Source of the DNA: a virus
Lineage: Duplodnaviria > Heunggongvirae > Uroviricota > Caudoviricetes
Reading direction: 5' to 3' (one strand)
IMG/VR virus record: IMGVR_UViG_3300037471_001733
Location: 22,201-86,200 of that record
Length of the DNA: 64,000 nucleotides
The translations under genes and the position numbers were made by a program. Under the pieces are notes generated by a model. It saw nothing but the letters and a program-made list of their open reading frames with translations. It was not told the origin of the DNA and did no database searches. Below are positions 31,457 to 39,967 of the stretch, one piece after another. Every line of letters begins with the position of its first letter. The first letter of the stretch is position 1.

Positions 31457-32305
31457 TTACCTGACGGACACCAGAGGCTGCGCGCCGTACGGGACCATGA
31501 TCGTGGTGTTGCCGTCCTTCGCGGCAATCGCGCGCTGGGCCTCGATCTCACGCATCTTCAGCACCTGCGGCGTGATGCTGGCAGCAAGGATCTCGTTGGC
31601 TTTGGCAGTGGCCTGCGCGCGCAATACATCAGCCTTGGCGATGCGCTCCACTACCTCCATCTGCCGTGCCGTCTCAGCCTTCTCCAGCGCCAGTTCCTTC
31701 TGCTTGGCCTCGATTTCCTTGTCCTTGGCTGCGGCGTTGCGGATGGCCTGCTCAATGGCAGGGTCCGTCACCATGTTGCGCACGTTGATGTTGGTGATGA
31801 CGAAGGCCTCCTTGTCGGTGTCGTCCAGCGCCTTTTGCAGTGCCTTCTGGATCGCTTGGCCGACCTCGTTGCGCTTGGTGTGCATCGTGGTGGCATCGAA
31901 GTCCGCAAACGCCTTGTAGATGGCTTCGCGCCCCTCGCGGCTCACGCGGTTGAATCCGACGACCGAATCTCCGTTGTCAAGCTTGCGGACATCGCCCTGG
32001 TACTTGATGAACAGGGCCGCGACCTTGGCCGGGTTGACGCGGAAGTAGATGTCGAGGTCCACGTCCTGCATGGAGAGGTTGTCCTTCGACTTCGGCGCCA
32101 TGTTGTCGAACGACACGGCGATTTCCTTGGTCGTGAACTCGTCCACCGTCTTGAACATCGTGAAGTACACGCCCTGAGGAAGTGTCTCGGGGCTGACCTT
32201 GCCGATGGTCCGCTCGACGCCCACGTTGCCGGTGTCGATCTGCGTGCAGGCGCCCAGCAGCATGACGATGCCCATCAGGGCCAGGGAGAACAGTCGCTTG
32301 ATCAC
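31457..32305 (-). CDS. SPFH/band-7 (prohibitin/HflC-like) lipoprotein, 282 aa
   Basis: GTG 32305 gives signal peptide IKRLFSLALMGIVMLLGAC (lipobox LGAC). IDTGNVGVERTIGKV...KDNLSMQDVDLDIYFRVNP SPFH core, C-terminal coiled coil. Confidence 0.75.
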   Translation of the reverse strand: MIKRLFSLALMGIVMLLGACTQIDTGNVGVERTIGKVSPETLPQGVYFTMFKTVDEFTTKEIAVSFDNMAPKSKDNLSMQDVDLDIYFRVNPAKVAALFIKYQGDVRKLDNGDSVVGFNRVSREGREAIYKAFADFDATTMHTKRNEVGQAIQKALQKALDDTDKEAFVITNINVRNMVTDPAIEQAIRNAAAKDKEIEAKQKELALEKAETARQMEVVERIAKADVLRAQATAKANEILAASITPQVLKMREIEAQRAIAAKDGNTTIMVPYGAQPLVSVR

Positions 32306-32316
32306 AGGTTCTTCTT

Positions 32317-32508
32317 TCAAAGCAGGTTGGTGGACGGGAGGTAATAGGCCGACGCAACGAGCGCCAGCAGGACGAGCACGAGCGCGCCGAGACGCAGACC
32401 GTGCCGGGTGACAAGGCGCGCGGCTTGGCTGCGCTCCTTGTGGTCGAAGAACTGCCAGGCGCCGTAGCCGAGCACCAGCAGCACGATGAGCAGGAGCAGG
32501 TGTTTCAC
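32317..32508 (-). CDS. small membrane protein (63 aa, 2 TM)
   Basis: MKHLLLLIVLLVLGYGAW...LGALVLVLLALVASAYY; ATGA overlap upstream. Confidence 0.55.
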   Translation of the reverse strand: MKHLLLLIVLLVLGYGAWQFFDHKERSQAARLVTRHGLRLGALVLVLLALVASAYYLPSTNLL

Positions 32509-32696
32509 TGGACCATCTCCGGTGCAAGGTGAAGGTTTGCGGTCAGTGCGGGCCGCATCTCGACCTCGTGTTCTGACTCAGTGGCGCATGCAGTGGCGCC
32601 GCCCACCGCGCGCAGCACGAGGCACGCGCCGACAGCGCCGCTGGCCACGCCGACAAGGGCGAACAGGCTGACAGCGAACAAGACGGGATGCTTCAT
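32505..32696 (-). CDS. small secreted/membrane protein (63 aa)
   Basis: Internal ATG 32696 (ATGA overlap); MKHPVLFAVSLFALVGVASGAVGACLVL. Confidence 0.5.
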   Translation of the reverse strand: MKHPVLFAVSLFALVGVASGAVGACLVLRAVGGATACATESEHEVEMRPALTANLHLAPEMVQ

Positions 32697-32899
32697 TGCT
32701 GCACCTGCACAAAGACCGAACAAACGGCCCGCAGTTGGTCCGAAACCACCCCCGCCGGATCTAGCTTTTCCTCCTGCCCAGCCGGCTGTTCCTTGGCTTG
32801 GACCCCCTTGCAAAACCTGTCACGCGCAGGCCGGCGGTCCAGTTGAATGAGGTCGCGGGGAAGGACGTAGAAGGGAGGGACGATTGGGAACTTCAACAT
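32693..32899 (-). CDS. hypothetical protein (68 aa)
   Basis: Internal ATG 32899 with AAGAGG RBS. Confidence 0.45.
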   Translation of the reverse strand: MLKFPIVPPFYVLPRDLIQLDRRPARDRFCKGVQAKEQPAGQEEKLDPAGVVSDQLRAVCSVFVQVQQ

Positions 32900-32931
32900 C
32901 GGGGGGCCTCTTGGGAACGAATCGGACGCAG

Positions 32932-33255
32932 TTACTTCAGTTTCGAAGCGCCGGACAGATGCCGGAACTTGGCCGCGATCAGCAGGCACTGCTGCTCAAC
33001 CCAGCCCATGAATCGCCACATGCGCGACGGCGCGAAAAGCTTTGCCTCTGGACCGCAAGGTCCGTCGGATGCACGCATCTCGCCCACCCGCATGGCCCAC
33101 GCATTGCCCTGCTGGTACTTGCTGCGCGACTTCAGATGGAAAGTGCCTGTGTACTGGTCCATGACATGGTCAAAGCCGTCCCAGTGCTCCTGGCAGTACG
33201 CGGCGCCATTGCGGCGACTGATGTGCAGGTGCTTGCAGCCGGTGCAGGGCTTCAT
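32932..33255 (-). CDS. hypothetical Cys/His/Trp-rich protein (107 aa)
   Basis: ORF; TGATG-type junction with upstream gene. Confidence 0.5.
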   Translation of the reverse strand: MKPCTGCKHLHISRRNGAAYCQEHWDGFDHVMDQYTGTFHLKSRSKYQQGNAWAMRVGEMRASDGPCGPEAKLFAPSRMWRFMGWVEQQCLLIAAKFRHLSGASKLK

Positions 33256-33728
33256 CAGACGTCCTCCTCAATCCAGCCGCCACCATCCTTCTTGGGGCGC
33301 GGGAAGATCACCTTGAACACAAGCGGATAGGCGTCAGCCGCAACACGCATCTTCACTTTCGCGTCGTCCTGATAGACAGCCTTGGCGCCCTTCACGTCGC
33401 GGAGCTCAAGCCTCCCATCGGCAGCCAACACCGCGAAGTCGGGCGTGAGGAATGTGTTGTCCGCGAGACGCAGCTTCACACCCTCAAAGCGGAACCACAG
33501 CACGCGGCCGGCGACGCGCTCAGCCTCAAGGTACTTGGCGTACTTGGCCTCAAGCGGGTTCATCTCGCCGGTCTTGAGCCTGCCAAGCGCGTACAGCCCG
33601 GCCTTTGTGCTGGCCGGCTTGGCTGGCGCTGGCGGCGCCTTAGCGGCCGGCGTCGACACGGGCTTGCCCTGCTTGGCCTTGTGCTCAGCCAACTGCTCCT
33701 CTGACCAGCGAAGCATCGTGCCCATCAC
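33255..33728 (-). CDS. PD-(D/E)XK-type nuclease-like protein (DUF1064-like), 157 aa
   Basis: MNPLEAKYAKYLEAERVAGRVLWFRFEGVKLRL..NTFLTPDFAVLAADGRLELRDVKG matches the DUF1064 pattern (EA.Y..L...G.I..f.l..YTPDF....G..EVKG). Confidence 0.6.
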   Translation of the reverse strand: MMGTMLRWSEEQLAEHKAKQGKPVSTPAAKAPPAPAKPASTKAGLYALGRLKTGEMNPLEAKYAKYLEAERVAGRVLWFRFEGVKLRLADNTFLTPDFAVLAADGRLELRDVKGAKAVYQDDAKVKMRVAADAYPLVFKVIFPRPKKDGGGWIEEDV

Positions 33729-33955
33729 GCACCGCCTTTCGGATCAGCGGCGAGACCACGCCAAGGGGCGTTCTGCCAGCCGCTGAGGGCCCGGCGGAAC
33801 TCGACGGCCTCGGCTTTGTCGGGCCCGGAGAAATTCCATTGGCGGCCGTCCCACCATCCCCAATACAAATCGCCCTCGATGTCGCGCTGGTACAGGCCAG
33901 GGCGCACCGGCTGGACGTCTGCCGAATACCACGGCGTGAGCTTCTGATTACTCAA
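33725..33955 (-). CDS. hypothetical Trp-rich protein (76 aa)
   Basis: ATGA overlaps; LYWGWWDGRQWNF. Confidence 0.5.
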   Translation of the reverse strand: MSNQKLTPWYSADVQPVRPGLYQRDIEGDLYWGWWDGRQWNFSGPDKAEAVEFRRALSGWQNAPWRGLAADPKGGA

Positions 33956-34149
33956 TCGCCCTCTCCTTCGCTTTCGTCGTCCGGTTCAAAACCAAGCGGC
34001 ATCACGCCCGCCTCAAGGCACATCACGACATCGCATTCGTCGCACCTGGCCGTGCCGTCAAACTCGTCGTTCGTATGCATCTCGATCAGCGTCAGAGGGC
34101 GACCGCATGACTTGCAGTTCGGCTCCATGTGCAGGGCTTCGGCGGTCAT
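33952..34149 (-). CDS. zinc-ribbon protein (65 aa)
   Basis: CKSCGRPL...CDECDVVMC; acidic tail. Confidence 0.5.
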   Translation of the reverse strand: MTAEALHMEPNCKSCGRPLTLIEMHTNDEFDGTARCDECDVVMCLEAGVMPLGFEPDDESEGEGD

Positions 34150-34373
34150 GCGTGACCGCCTTCCTTGTCGAGTTCCACGACCGCCGCGGCCACGTCATAG
34201 GCCCCGCCGTCCTGGTTCATTGCGCGCCGGCCGGTGGCCACATCAATCAGCGTCCAACCGCGCATGGTCGATGTGACCCGCAGCAGGCGCCCGTCGCGCA
34301 GCTTCACGCGCACGCCGTCTGCGATGTGGCCGCGCATCGGGTGGAATGCCGCGGACTCCACAAAGTCGCTCAT
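34146..34373 (-). CDS. hypothetical protein (75 aa)
   Basis: Internal ATG 34373 (ATGA overlap). Confidence 0.45.
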   Translation of the reverse strand: MSDFVESAAFHPMRGHIADGVRVKLRDGRLLRVTSTMRGWTLIDVATGRRAMNQDGGAYDVAAAVVELDKEGGHA

Positions 34374-34606
34374 GCCGGCGCCCTCCATTGCACCCAGGCA
34401 CCCCGGGCGTAGACCACCGAGTACGCCGTGGCCAACGGGATCAGGCCCCATGCCTCAACCTGCCATGCGAAAACCATCCAGAAGGGCTGGCCTGCCAAGC
34501 CGATCAGCGGCGCCCACTTCCGGCCGCGTGCGCTGTGCCCCATCGAGAGCCACATCGCCGTAAGGCCGAACAGAGCCAGTGCGGACTGGATCAGCGCACT
34601 GCTCAC
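34370..34606 (-). CDS. small membrane protein (78 aa)
   Basis: GTGA overlap at 34606; SALIQSALALFGLTAMWLSMG...GQPFWMVFAWQVEAWGLIPLATAYSVVY. Confidence 0.5.
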   Translation of the reverse strand: MSSALIQSALALFGLTAMWLSMGHSARGRKWAPLIGLAGQPFWMVFAWQVEAWGLIPLATAYSVVYARGAWVQWRAPA

Positions 34607-34815
34607 GTCGCCGACCTCGCCGCCTGCAGGGCAACCATCAGCGCGTCCAGTTCTTCCCACCGCGCCGACACCGCGAAGCGCAAGGCCAGATCCTTGCCGG
34701 TCGCGATGACGTTGGCGCCTTCGAGGTTGCTCCACTGCATCACCGACACCGTGAAGCCGTCGCGGCCCTCAAGGAATACCTCGGTGGTCGGGTTCTTGAG
34801 CGTCTCCAGCTTCAT
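34603..34815 (-). CDS. hypothetical protein (70 aa)
   Basis: ATGA overlap upstream. Confidence 0.5.
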   Translation of the reverse strand: MKLETLKNPTTEVFLEGRDGFTVSVMQWSNLEGANVIATGKDLALRFAVSARWEELDALMVALQAARSAT

Positions 34816-35015
34816 GCGGCGGTCCTCACAGGCTCAGGCGCCAGGTCAGCTTCCGGGATGAGCCCTTCGCAGACCGTGCCGCCGATCACCACGACCCACC
34901 AAAAGCGCTGGGCGCCGTCCAATAGGTCGATGAGCCGGCAGCGCTTGCCGGCGTTGCCGAGCTCGCTGCGCAGAATGATTGCGGTGTCGCCCGGTTTCAC
35001 GCCGTCACCTCGCAA
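34812..35015 (-). CDS. hypothetical protein (67 aa), paralog-like of next gene
   Basis: KPGDTAIILRSELGNAGKRC resembles KPNDIAIIVRTDPGMTALLGK of 34997-35323. Confidence 0.45.
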   Translation of the reverse strand: MRGDGVKPGDTAIILRSELGNAGKRCRLIDLLDGAQRFWWVVVIGGTVCEGLIPEADLAPEPVRTAA

Positions 35016-35323
35016 GGTTTGCTGGTGTCGCGCAGCACCTCGTCCTGGCCATCCGAGTCGCGCAGCGGGCGCAGCCAGTCATCTGGCACGGCGCCGATCT
35101 TCACTGTCCGCCCAGCCTCGTAGAGCTTGCCGTTCTGCTGAGCCGTCACCGGCAGCACGACCGGGATGTGTTCCTTGAGCCACCAGCAGGTCTTGCTGCG
35201 GTACTCCATGGTCCGGTCCACTTGGACGACCTTGCCGAGAAGCGCCGTCATGCCCGGGTCCGTCCGCACGATGATGGCAATGTCATTGGGCTTGCAGTTG
35301 AGCGCCACAGCTTCGCTCCTCAC
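34997..35323 (-). CDS. hypothetical protein (108 aa)
   Basis: GTG start in TGAGGAGCGAAGCTGTG context (GTGA overlap with 45-aa ORF). Confidence 0.5.
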   Translation of the reverse strand: MRSEAVALNCKPNDIAIIVRTDPGMTALLGKVVQVDRTMEYRSKTCWWLKEHIPVVLPVTAQQNGKLYEAGRTVKIGAVPDDWLRPLRDSDGQDEVLRDTSKPCEVTA

Positions 35324-35457
35324 GCACGCGCCAGCGCAGCCTTGCGCGCGTCAGCCCACTGTGTGGCGTCCCGGTGCATACCGAGACCCCAGCAGGTCAG
35401 CGACACCAATGCCCGCTCGATCAGGCCCCACAAGAAATCGAACAGCGGCCAGCGCAT
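35320..35457 (-). CDS. hypothetical small hydrophobic protein (45 aa)
   Basis: Below ORF-track cutoff; TGATG junction upstream and GTGA junction downstream; MRWPLFDFLWGLIERALVSLTCWGLG... Confidence 0.4.
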   Translation of the reverse strand: MRWPLFDFLWGLIERALVSLTCWGLGMHRDATQWADARKAALARA

Positions 35458-36125
35458 CACGCGCCTCTCGTGGCGTCGATGCCGTGGGGCGGCGGGGCGC
35501 CTACACCGTCGCGTATCGCCGCATCAACAGCCGCATCGAACGCTGCACCCTCTGGGACATGCTGGCCGGGCCAGTACGCCGCCTCCATCTCGTCCAGATC
35601 AGCATGGCGCAGCCAGCGATACCGGGCTGCATCCAGGGCATCCTGTTGCGCCGGCTGCGCGGCGCTCAGAAGCAGCGGCTGCAGGCTGGCGAACTGATCC
35701 TCGTCCAGCAGTGCCGCCAGGCGCGCGCCCAGCTTGCGCAGCGGCTCCGGACTACTGGCGATCATGTGCTGAACCACGCACTCCGCCTGCTCGATCACCT
35801 GCGGTGAAGGCTCGCCGTCGTCGTTGGGCTCGCTGCGCTTTGCGGGCTGCCACGCCTGCGCGCCTGCTTGATCCGGCGCGACGCACACCAGCACAACCCG
35901 GGCAGCGCCGCCGCAGTGCGCGGCTTGGGCCTCTGCCTCCTCGTGCGTCAGCAGGTGCTGGCCGTAGGTATCTGGGCCGTAGGCCACGACATAGCCGATG
36001 GGCTTGCCCCACAGGCTGCGCCGCGGCGGGGCCGCAGGCACAGGCGGCCTCTGGCTGGGGGCGTCAGGATTCACGTTGGAGAACTTGCGGTGGTCCATAG
36101 CTATTAATCCAGGTTCGGTACTCAT
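35457..36125 (-). CDS. hypothetical protein (222 aa)
   Basis: ORF; no motif recognised. Confidence 0.55.
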   Translation of the reverse strand: MSTEPGLIAMDHRKFSNVNPDAPSQRPPVPAAPPRRSLWGKPIGYVVAYGPDTYGQHLLTHEEAEAQAAHCGGAARVVLVCVAPDQAGAQAWQPAKRSEPNDDGEPSPQVIEQAECVVQHMIASSPEPLRKLGARLAALLDEDQFASLQPLLLSAAQPAQQDALDAARYRWLRHADLDEMEAAYWPGQHVPEGAAFDAAVDAAIRDGVGAPPPHGIDATRGA

Positions 36126-36194
36126 TGCGTCAGCCCAATCTCGGCACGCGGATAGCGCAAGTTGTGCTTCTTGGCCGCATGAATCTCAGGTTCA

Positions 36195-36299
36195 TCACAG
36201 CCCTCCCAGTACAGGCACGCCCAGCGTGACGAGCGTTATGGCCGCCAGCAGCGCAGAAGCGGCGACAACGGCCACGGCGTGGATTGCTGCGCGTGTCAT
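36195..36299 (-). CDS. hypothetical single-TM peptide (34 aa)
   Basis: ATGA overlap with upstream stop; MTRAAIHAVAVVAASALLAAITLVTLGVPVLGGL. Confidence 0.3.
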   Translation of the reverse strand: MTRAAIHAVAVVAASALLAAITLVTLGVPVLGGL

Positions 36300-36583
36300 T
36301 GATCGCTCCACGCAGCCGCCCGCAGATCGCGTATCGCAGCGTCCTTGGCTTTGTCCAGGCCGACGTAGCAGCGGTCGGTGGAGTCCACCACGTATAAGTC
36401 CGCATCGACGCCGGGCTCCCTCGCGTAGCCCTTGAAGCGCAGCGACAGCAGCACCAGCACCTCTCCGTCATCTGTGGCCACCAACGCATAGGAGCCAAAG
36501 CCGTAGTCGTGCCATGCGGCGTCATCTATGCGCGCCAGGCGCTCCTGCGTGGCGCAGGATTGATCCAGAACCGGGGTGTTCAA
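36296..36583 (-). CDS. hypothetical protein (95 aa)
   Basis: ATGA overlap upstream. Confidence 0.5.
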   Translation of the reverse strand: MNTPVLDQSCATQERLARIDDAAWHDYGFGSYALVATDDGEVLVLLSLRFKGYAREPGVDADLYVVDSTDRCYVGLDKAKDAAIRDLRAAAWSDQ

Positions 36584-37467
36584 GCAGGGACTCCTTCCGC
36601 TTCCGCCGCAGCCTTCGCGGCCTCGTTAGCAACCATCTCCGCGCACTCGCGCACGAGCTGCGCGGGGCTCTGCGACAAGACGGCTTCGGCAACAGAGCAG
36701 TACGTCTCCAGCGTCGCCACCACCAGATCCAGTTCGCTGTTGTCGTCGGGCTTGGTCAGGTCGCGCAGCCGGCGCAAAGTGGCGGCCACCATGCGGCCGA
36801 CGCCATGCATCTGCGCCTTGAGCACCGTCTTGCCACTCGCGTCCTTCACGCCATCCGGCTTCGGGCTCGCCGCAGTGACGACGTTCTTGTCCATGTAGAC
36901 CCGGCGCAGCACCTCCTGCTCTGCGCGCACCAGCACGCCGCGGGTGCAGTTCGGGTGCTCGCGCTGCGCGTCGTGCACGAGCAGTAGCCCGGCCACAGCT
37001 TCCAGGCCCAGGCGGTCCAGCGGGCACACACCGGGCTTGCCCAGCGGCGCCAGCGGATCAACCTGCTTGCCGGGCTTGGGCTTCGGGCAGAACCGCTTCA
37101 GTTCTTCGAGCACGCGCTGCGCGGTGACGACGGCGAATTCGTGTTCGGCGCCCAGCCCCCAGTTGCAGAGCACGACAGCGATGTTCGCGGCGCCAGCAAG
37201 GATCTGGGCATGGCGCACTTGGCCGTTGCCGGCAGCAATGGCAGACAGAGCACCGTGCTGGCGCAGCGACACCTCAACGAGCTTGCGCTGCTGCAGCGGC
37301 CAGTTCCCCATCTGCAGTCGGACGATGGGCTCGCGGCGCAGGCATCGGGCCCGCAGCGCCAGCGGCTGGCGCCACAGCACAGGCCGCGGCTTGGGCACGA
37401 GATGCAGTTGCGGAACAGGCCGGGCCTTCGGCTGCTCGGTGCGCTTGTTCATTGCGGCAGACCTCAT
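36580..37467 (-). CDS. hypothetical protein (295 aa)
   Basis: ATG 37467 chosen (ATGA overlap); alternative ATG 37452; no motif recognised. Confidence 0.55.
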   Translation of the reverse strand: MRSAAMNKRTEQPKARPVPQLHLVPKPRPVLWRQPLALRARCLRREPIVRLQMGNWPLQQRKLVEVSLRQHGALSAIAAGNGQVRHAQILAGAANIAVVLCNWGLGAEHEFAVVTAQRVLEELKRFCPKPKPGKQVDPLAPLGKPGVCPLDRLGLEAVAGLLLVHDAQREHPNCTRGVLVRAEQEVLRRVYMDKNVVTAASPKPDGVKDASGKTVLKAQMHGVGRMVAATLRRLRDLTKPDDNSELDLVVATLETYCSVAEAVLSQSPAQLVRECAEMVANEAAKAAAEAEGVPA

Positions 37468-37940
37468 TCCCCGCCCTCCACTCGGAACATCCAGCGCGAC
37501 GCATCGACACAGGCCATGTCGCCACACGTCCCATCCGACTGGCGCGCGCAGTTGCTGCACGACTTCTCATCCGCCGGCACATCCTCGGCGCGCATTTCCT
37601 GCCAGCGCTGCAGGGTGTCGATGGCCTCGGCTACGTCCTTGGCCTGATCCTTGGCGCCGCGTAGGCCAGCGCACAGCAGCTTCTTAATGCTGTGCTGCAG
37701 GCAAGGCGACGTGACGCCGAACAACTCCAAGACCCGGTACACATCGACCGTCTGGAGCTTCGAAACGTCCTTGAAGTAGTGCGGGTGCTTCCGCAGCGAG
37801 ATCGGCGCTCCTGCGGGCTCCTGAGCGGCCGCAGGGGTATCGGCGCGTGGCTCATGATCGTCGCACCACCAGATTTCAGGCCCGCGCATTTGGCAATTGG
37901 CCTTCTGGCACGTCGCGCAGTTGCGTTGCGTCGCGCTCAT
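37464..37940 (-). CDS. DUF3310-like protein (158 aa) with Cys clusters at both ends
   Basis: ATG 37940 (ATGA overlap); HPHYFKDVSKLQTVDVYRVLELFG...IKKLLCAGLRGAKDQAKDVAEAIDTLQRW matches DUF3310 pattern. Confidence 0.5.
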   Translation of the reverse strand: MSATQRNCATCQKANCQMRGPEIWWCDDHEPRADTPAAAQEPAGAPISLRKHPHYFKDVSKLQTVDVYRVLELFGVTSPCLQHSIKKLLCAGLRGAKDQAKDVAEAIDTLQRWQEMRAEDVPADEKSCSNCARQSDGTCGDMACVDASRWMFRVEGGE

Positions 37941-38482
37941 GCGGCGATACCTCCCCAGGAAAACACGGACGCGCCGTTCATGGCTTCTGCCCAGTTGTGC
38001 CCGCGGCAAATTTGCGTCACCGACGAATACGGCATGCCGGTCCGCTCAGCGATGCTCTTCAACGACATTCCGGCGCTCCTCAGTTCGCGCAGCTCTCGCG
38101 CCTTCTCCATGGAGTACCGCTTGGCTTTCGCGCGCACTCCTGCCGTCTTGGCAGCCCTTACGGCGGGAGTTCTGTACACACCGCGCTTCGCGTGCTCGGC
38201 GTTGCACTCGGCGCGCGTCGCCAGCTTCAGATGACACAGGCACCGCTGGTGGAAACAGCCCGGCATTACCAGAAAGCCATCAGGGATCGGTCCTTTGGTT
38301 TTCTGCCAGAGCCACCTGCGGACGTTCGTGCCACGCAAGCCCTGCACCGACGCTTGAGGGACCCCCATGCGCATTGATCCCTTCCAGAGGCGGCACTCAC
38401 CCTCTTCGACCGTGCGCGCGTCCAGCCACGCGCCAATCCACGCCTGAACGTGCGCGTCATGAGGTTTCTTTGGCTTGGTCAT
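37937..38482 (-). CDS. HNH_3-like (degenerate) endonuclease domain + C-terminal HTH, 181 aa
   Basis: ATG 38482 (ATGA overlap); CRLWKGS...GPIPDGFLVMPGCFHQRCLCHLKLATRAECN; C-terminal LRSAGMSLKSIAERTGMPYSSVTQICRG HTH. Confidence 0.55.
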   Translation of the reverse strand: MTKPKKPHDAHVQAWIGAWLDARTVEEGECRLWKGSMRMGVPQASVQGLRGTNVRRWLWQKTKGPIPDGFLVMPGCFHQRCLCHLKLATRAECNAEHAKRGVYRTPAVRAAKTAGVRAKAKRYSMEKARELRELRSAGMSLKSIAERTGMPYSSVTQICRGHNWAEAMNGASVFSWGGIAA

Positions 38483-38727
38483 GCCGCGACCACCGCGCGC
38501 ACCAGCGCCTTGAAATGCTTCACGTGCGCGTCGTGCTTGACCACCTTGGCGGCAGCAGTGCACTCCGGGCAGTGCAGGAGCACCCTGCGGTAGCGGCTGC
38601 AGCCTTCGATGCTGCTGAGCTGCTTGTGGCAGCCGTCGCAGCGCGCCGTGACAGCGTGACCGGGGCCGGCGGGCTTGTAGCGGACGTCCTGCGCGCCGCG
38701 CACGGACTCATAGCGGGTGGCGGTCAT
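38479..38727 (-). CDS. zinc-ribbon protein (82 aa)
   Basis: CDGCHK...CPEC. Confidence 0.5.
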   Translation of the reverse strand: MTATRYESVRGAQDVRYKPAGPGHAVTARCDGCHKQLSSIEGCSRYRRVLLHCPECTAAAKVVKHDAHVKHFKALVRAVVAA

Positions 38728-39125
38728 GCGGCACCCCCAGTCGCCTTGGCAATGACGGCTCGGGCGTTCGCCTCAGCCTTGGAAGCCGCCAGCATGGCGC
38801 GCTCGTGTGCAACACGTTCCCGGCCAGCGTCGCCGAAGTTCTCGTGCGCCACCGTGTACGCCATGGCGGCCTTCGCCTCGGCGTTGCGCGTCGTCAGCAC
38901 GTCTTGGAGCGCCGCCAGCAACTCAGGCGCGGCAGCGAACAAGTCCGGCCCGTAGCTGCCGAAGTAGCCGGAGAAGTTGACGTAGAAGTCATTCCACGAC
39001 TGGCTGCCATCGGTGTTGGAGAAGCTGCTGGCGTTCTCGATTCGGAACTGGTCGCGGGTCTCGCCCTCTGGCGCGCAGGAGGTGACACGCAATGGCCCTG
39101 GCGTGAGTTTTGGTTTTGCGGTCAT
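38724..39125 (-). CDS. Ead/Ea22-like C-terminal-domain protein (133 aa)
   Basis: ATG 39125 (ATGA overlap); APELLAALQDVL...ANARAVIAKATGGAA; paralogous ending to 46401-46769. Confidence 0.5.
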   Translation of the reverse strand: MTAKPKLTPGPLRVTSCAPEGETRDQFRIENASSFSNTDGSQSWNDFYVNFSGYFGSYGPDLFAAAPELLAALQDVLTTRNAEAKAAMAYTVAHENFGDAGRERVAHERAMLAASKAEANARAVIAKATGGAA

Positions 39126-39967
39126 GCAGAGGCTCCCTTGGCACCGGCCGCGCTCATGGCGGCGTCGATGGCCTCGCGCGAGAGTCCGTTGCCGGCAACG
39201 ATCCCCTCGCGCCGCAGCCCGGCCCAGTCGCCAACCCGACGGATCAGCCAGTCCAGGCGCGTGGCGTCGGGATGGGGCTGCACCAGCGGAGGTGCGAACT
39301 GCCGCTCCGCATAGAGGCGGATCACCTCGTTCTGCTGGTCGATCTCGTTGCGCAGGCGCTTGTTCTCGGCGATCACCTGAGCCAGCAGCCGCTGCTGGCA
39401 CTCCTCGACTCCGCTGCTGTCGCAGGTGTCGCAGTCATCGCACGGCTTGGCCGGCTCGGGCTGCGCCACCGAGGCGCCAGCCGGCTTCAGCAGCGCGTCA
39501 TCAAGCAGCACGAGGGCGTCGCCAATGGCCGGAACGTACTCCGCCGCAGGCACGACGAGCGTTTGCCGCGTGCGACGCAGAGCGACACGCAGCCGCTCAA
39601 GATCCGCCTCACGCTGATTCAGCGCAGCCCACAGCGCCCGCACCTCAGCGTTGTTGTGGTCCCGCTCGCAGTTGAGGCAGGCATCGCCAGGGATGCGCGT
39701 TTTCCAGCCGCAGACCTCGCATGCCTCCAGCGCCTGTTGGTCGTAGGTCTCAGCCTGCTGACCATCGTCAGCCGCACCGCGTGCCCGGATGGCAGCCTCA
39801 AGATCAACCGGCCCACCGTACATCGCCACCAGATCAATGCACGCCTCGCGCTCGGCTTCCGTCACCAGCGCAGCGAAGCGCTCCAGAACCGGCACGACAT
39901 CGGGACTAGGCTCCAGGCGCTCGGGATGAGCCTCGCGGGCCAGCTTCACAACCTCCTCGCGCGTCAT
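39122..39967 (-). CDS. Ead/Ea22-like coiled-coil protein (281 aa)
   Basis: N-terminus MTREEVVKLAREAHPE...LERFAALVTEAEREACIDLV typical of Ead/Ea22-like family (memory); Cys cluster CEVCGW..CLNC. Confidence 0.45.
   Translation of the reverse strand: MTREEVVKLAREAHPERLEPSPDVVPVLERFAALVTEAEREACIDLVAMYGGPVDLEAAIRARGAADDGQQAETYDQQALEACEVCGWKTRIPGDACLNCERDHNNAEVRALWAALNQREADLERLRVALRRTRQTLVVPAAEYVPAIGDALVLLDDALLKPAGASVAQPEPAKPCDDCDTCDSSGVEECQQRLLAQVIAENKRLRNEIDQQNEVIRLYAERQFAPPLVQPHPDATRLDWLIRRVGDWAGLRREGIVAGNGLSREAIDAAMSAAGAKGASA

Noticed and set aside
34979-36100. 373-aa plus-strand ORF (similar cases: 37897-38955, 28423-29505, 39110-40081, 36944-37687, 56334-57188 minus, 21348-22190 minus)
   Set aside because: All are antisense to chains of translationally coupled genes with protein-like sequences. 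Their Arg/Pro/Ala-rich low-complexity translations are high-GC artefacts.
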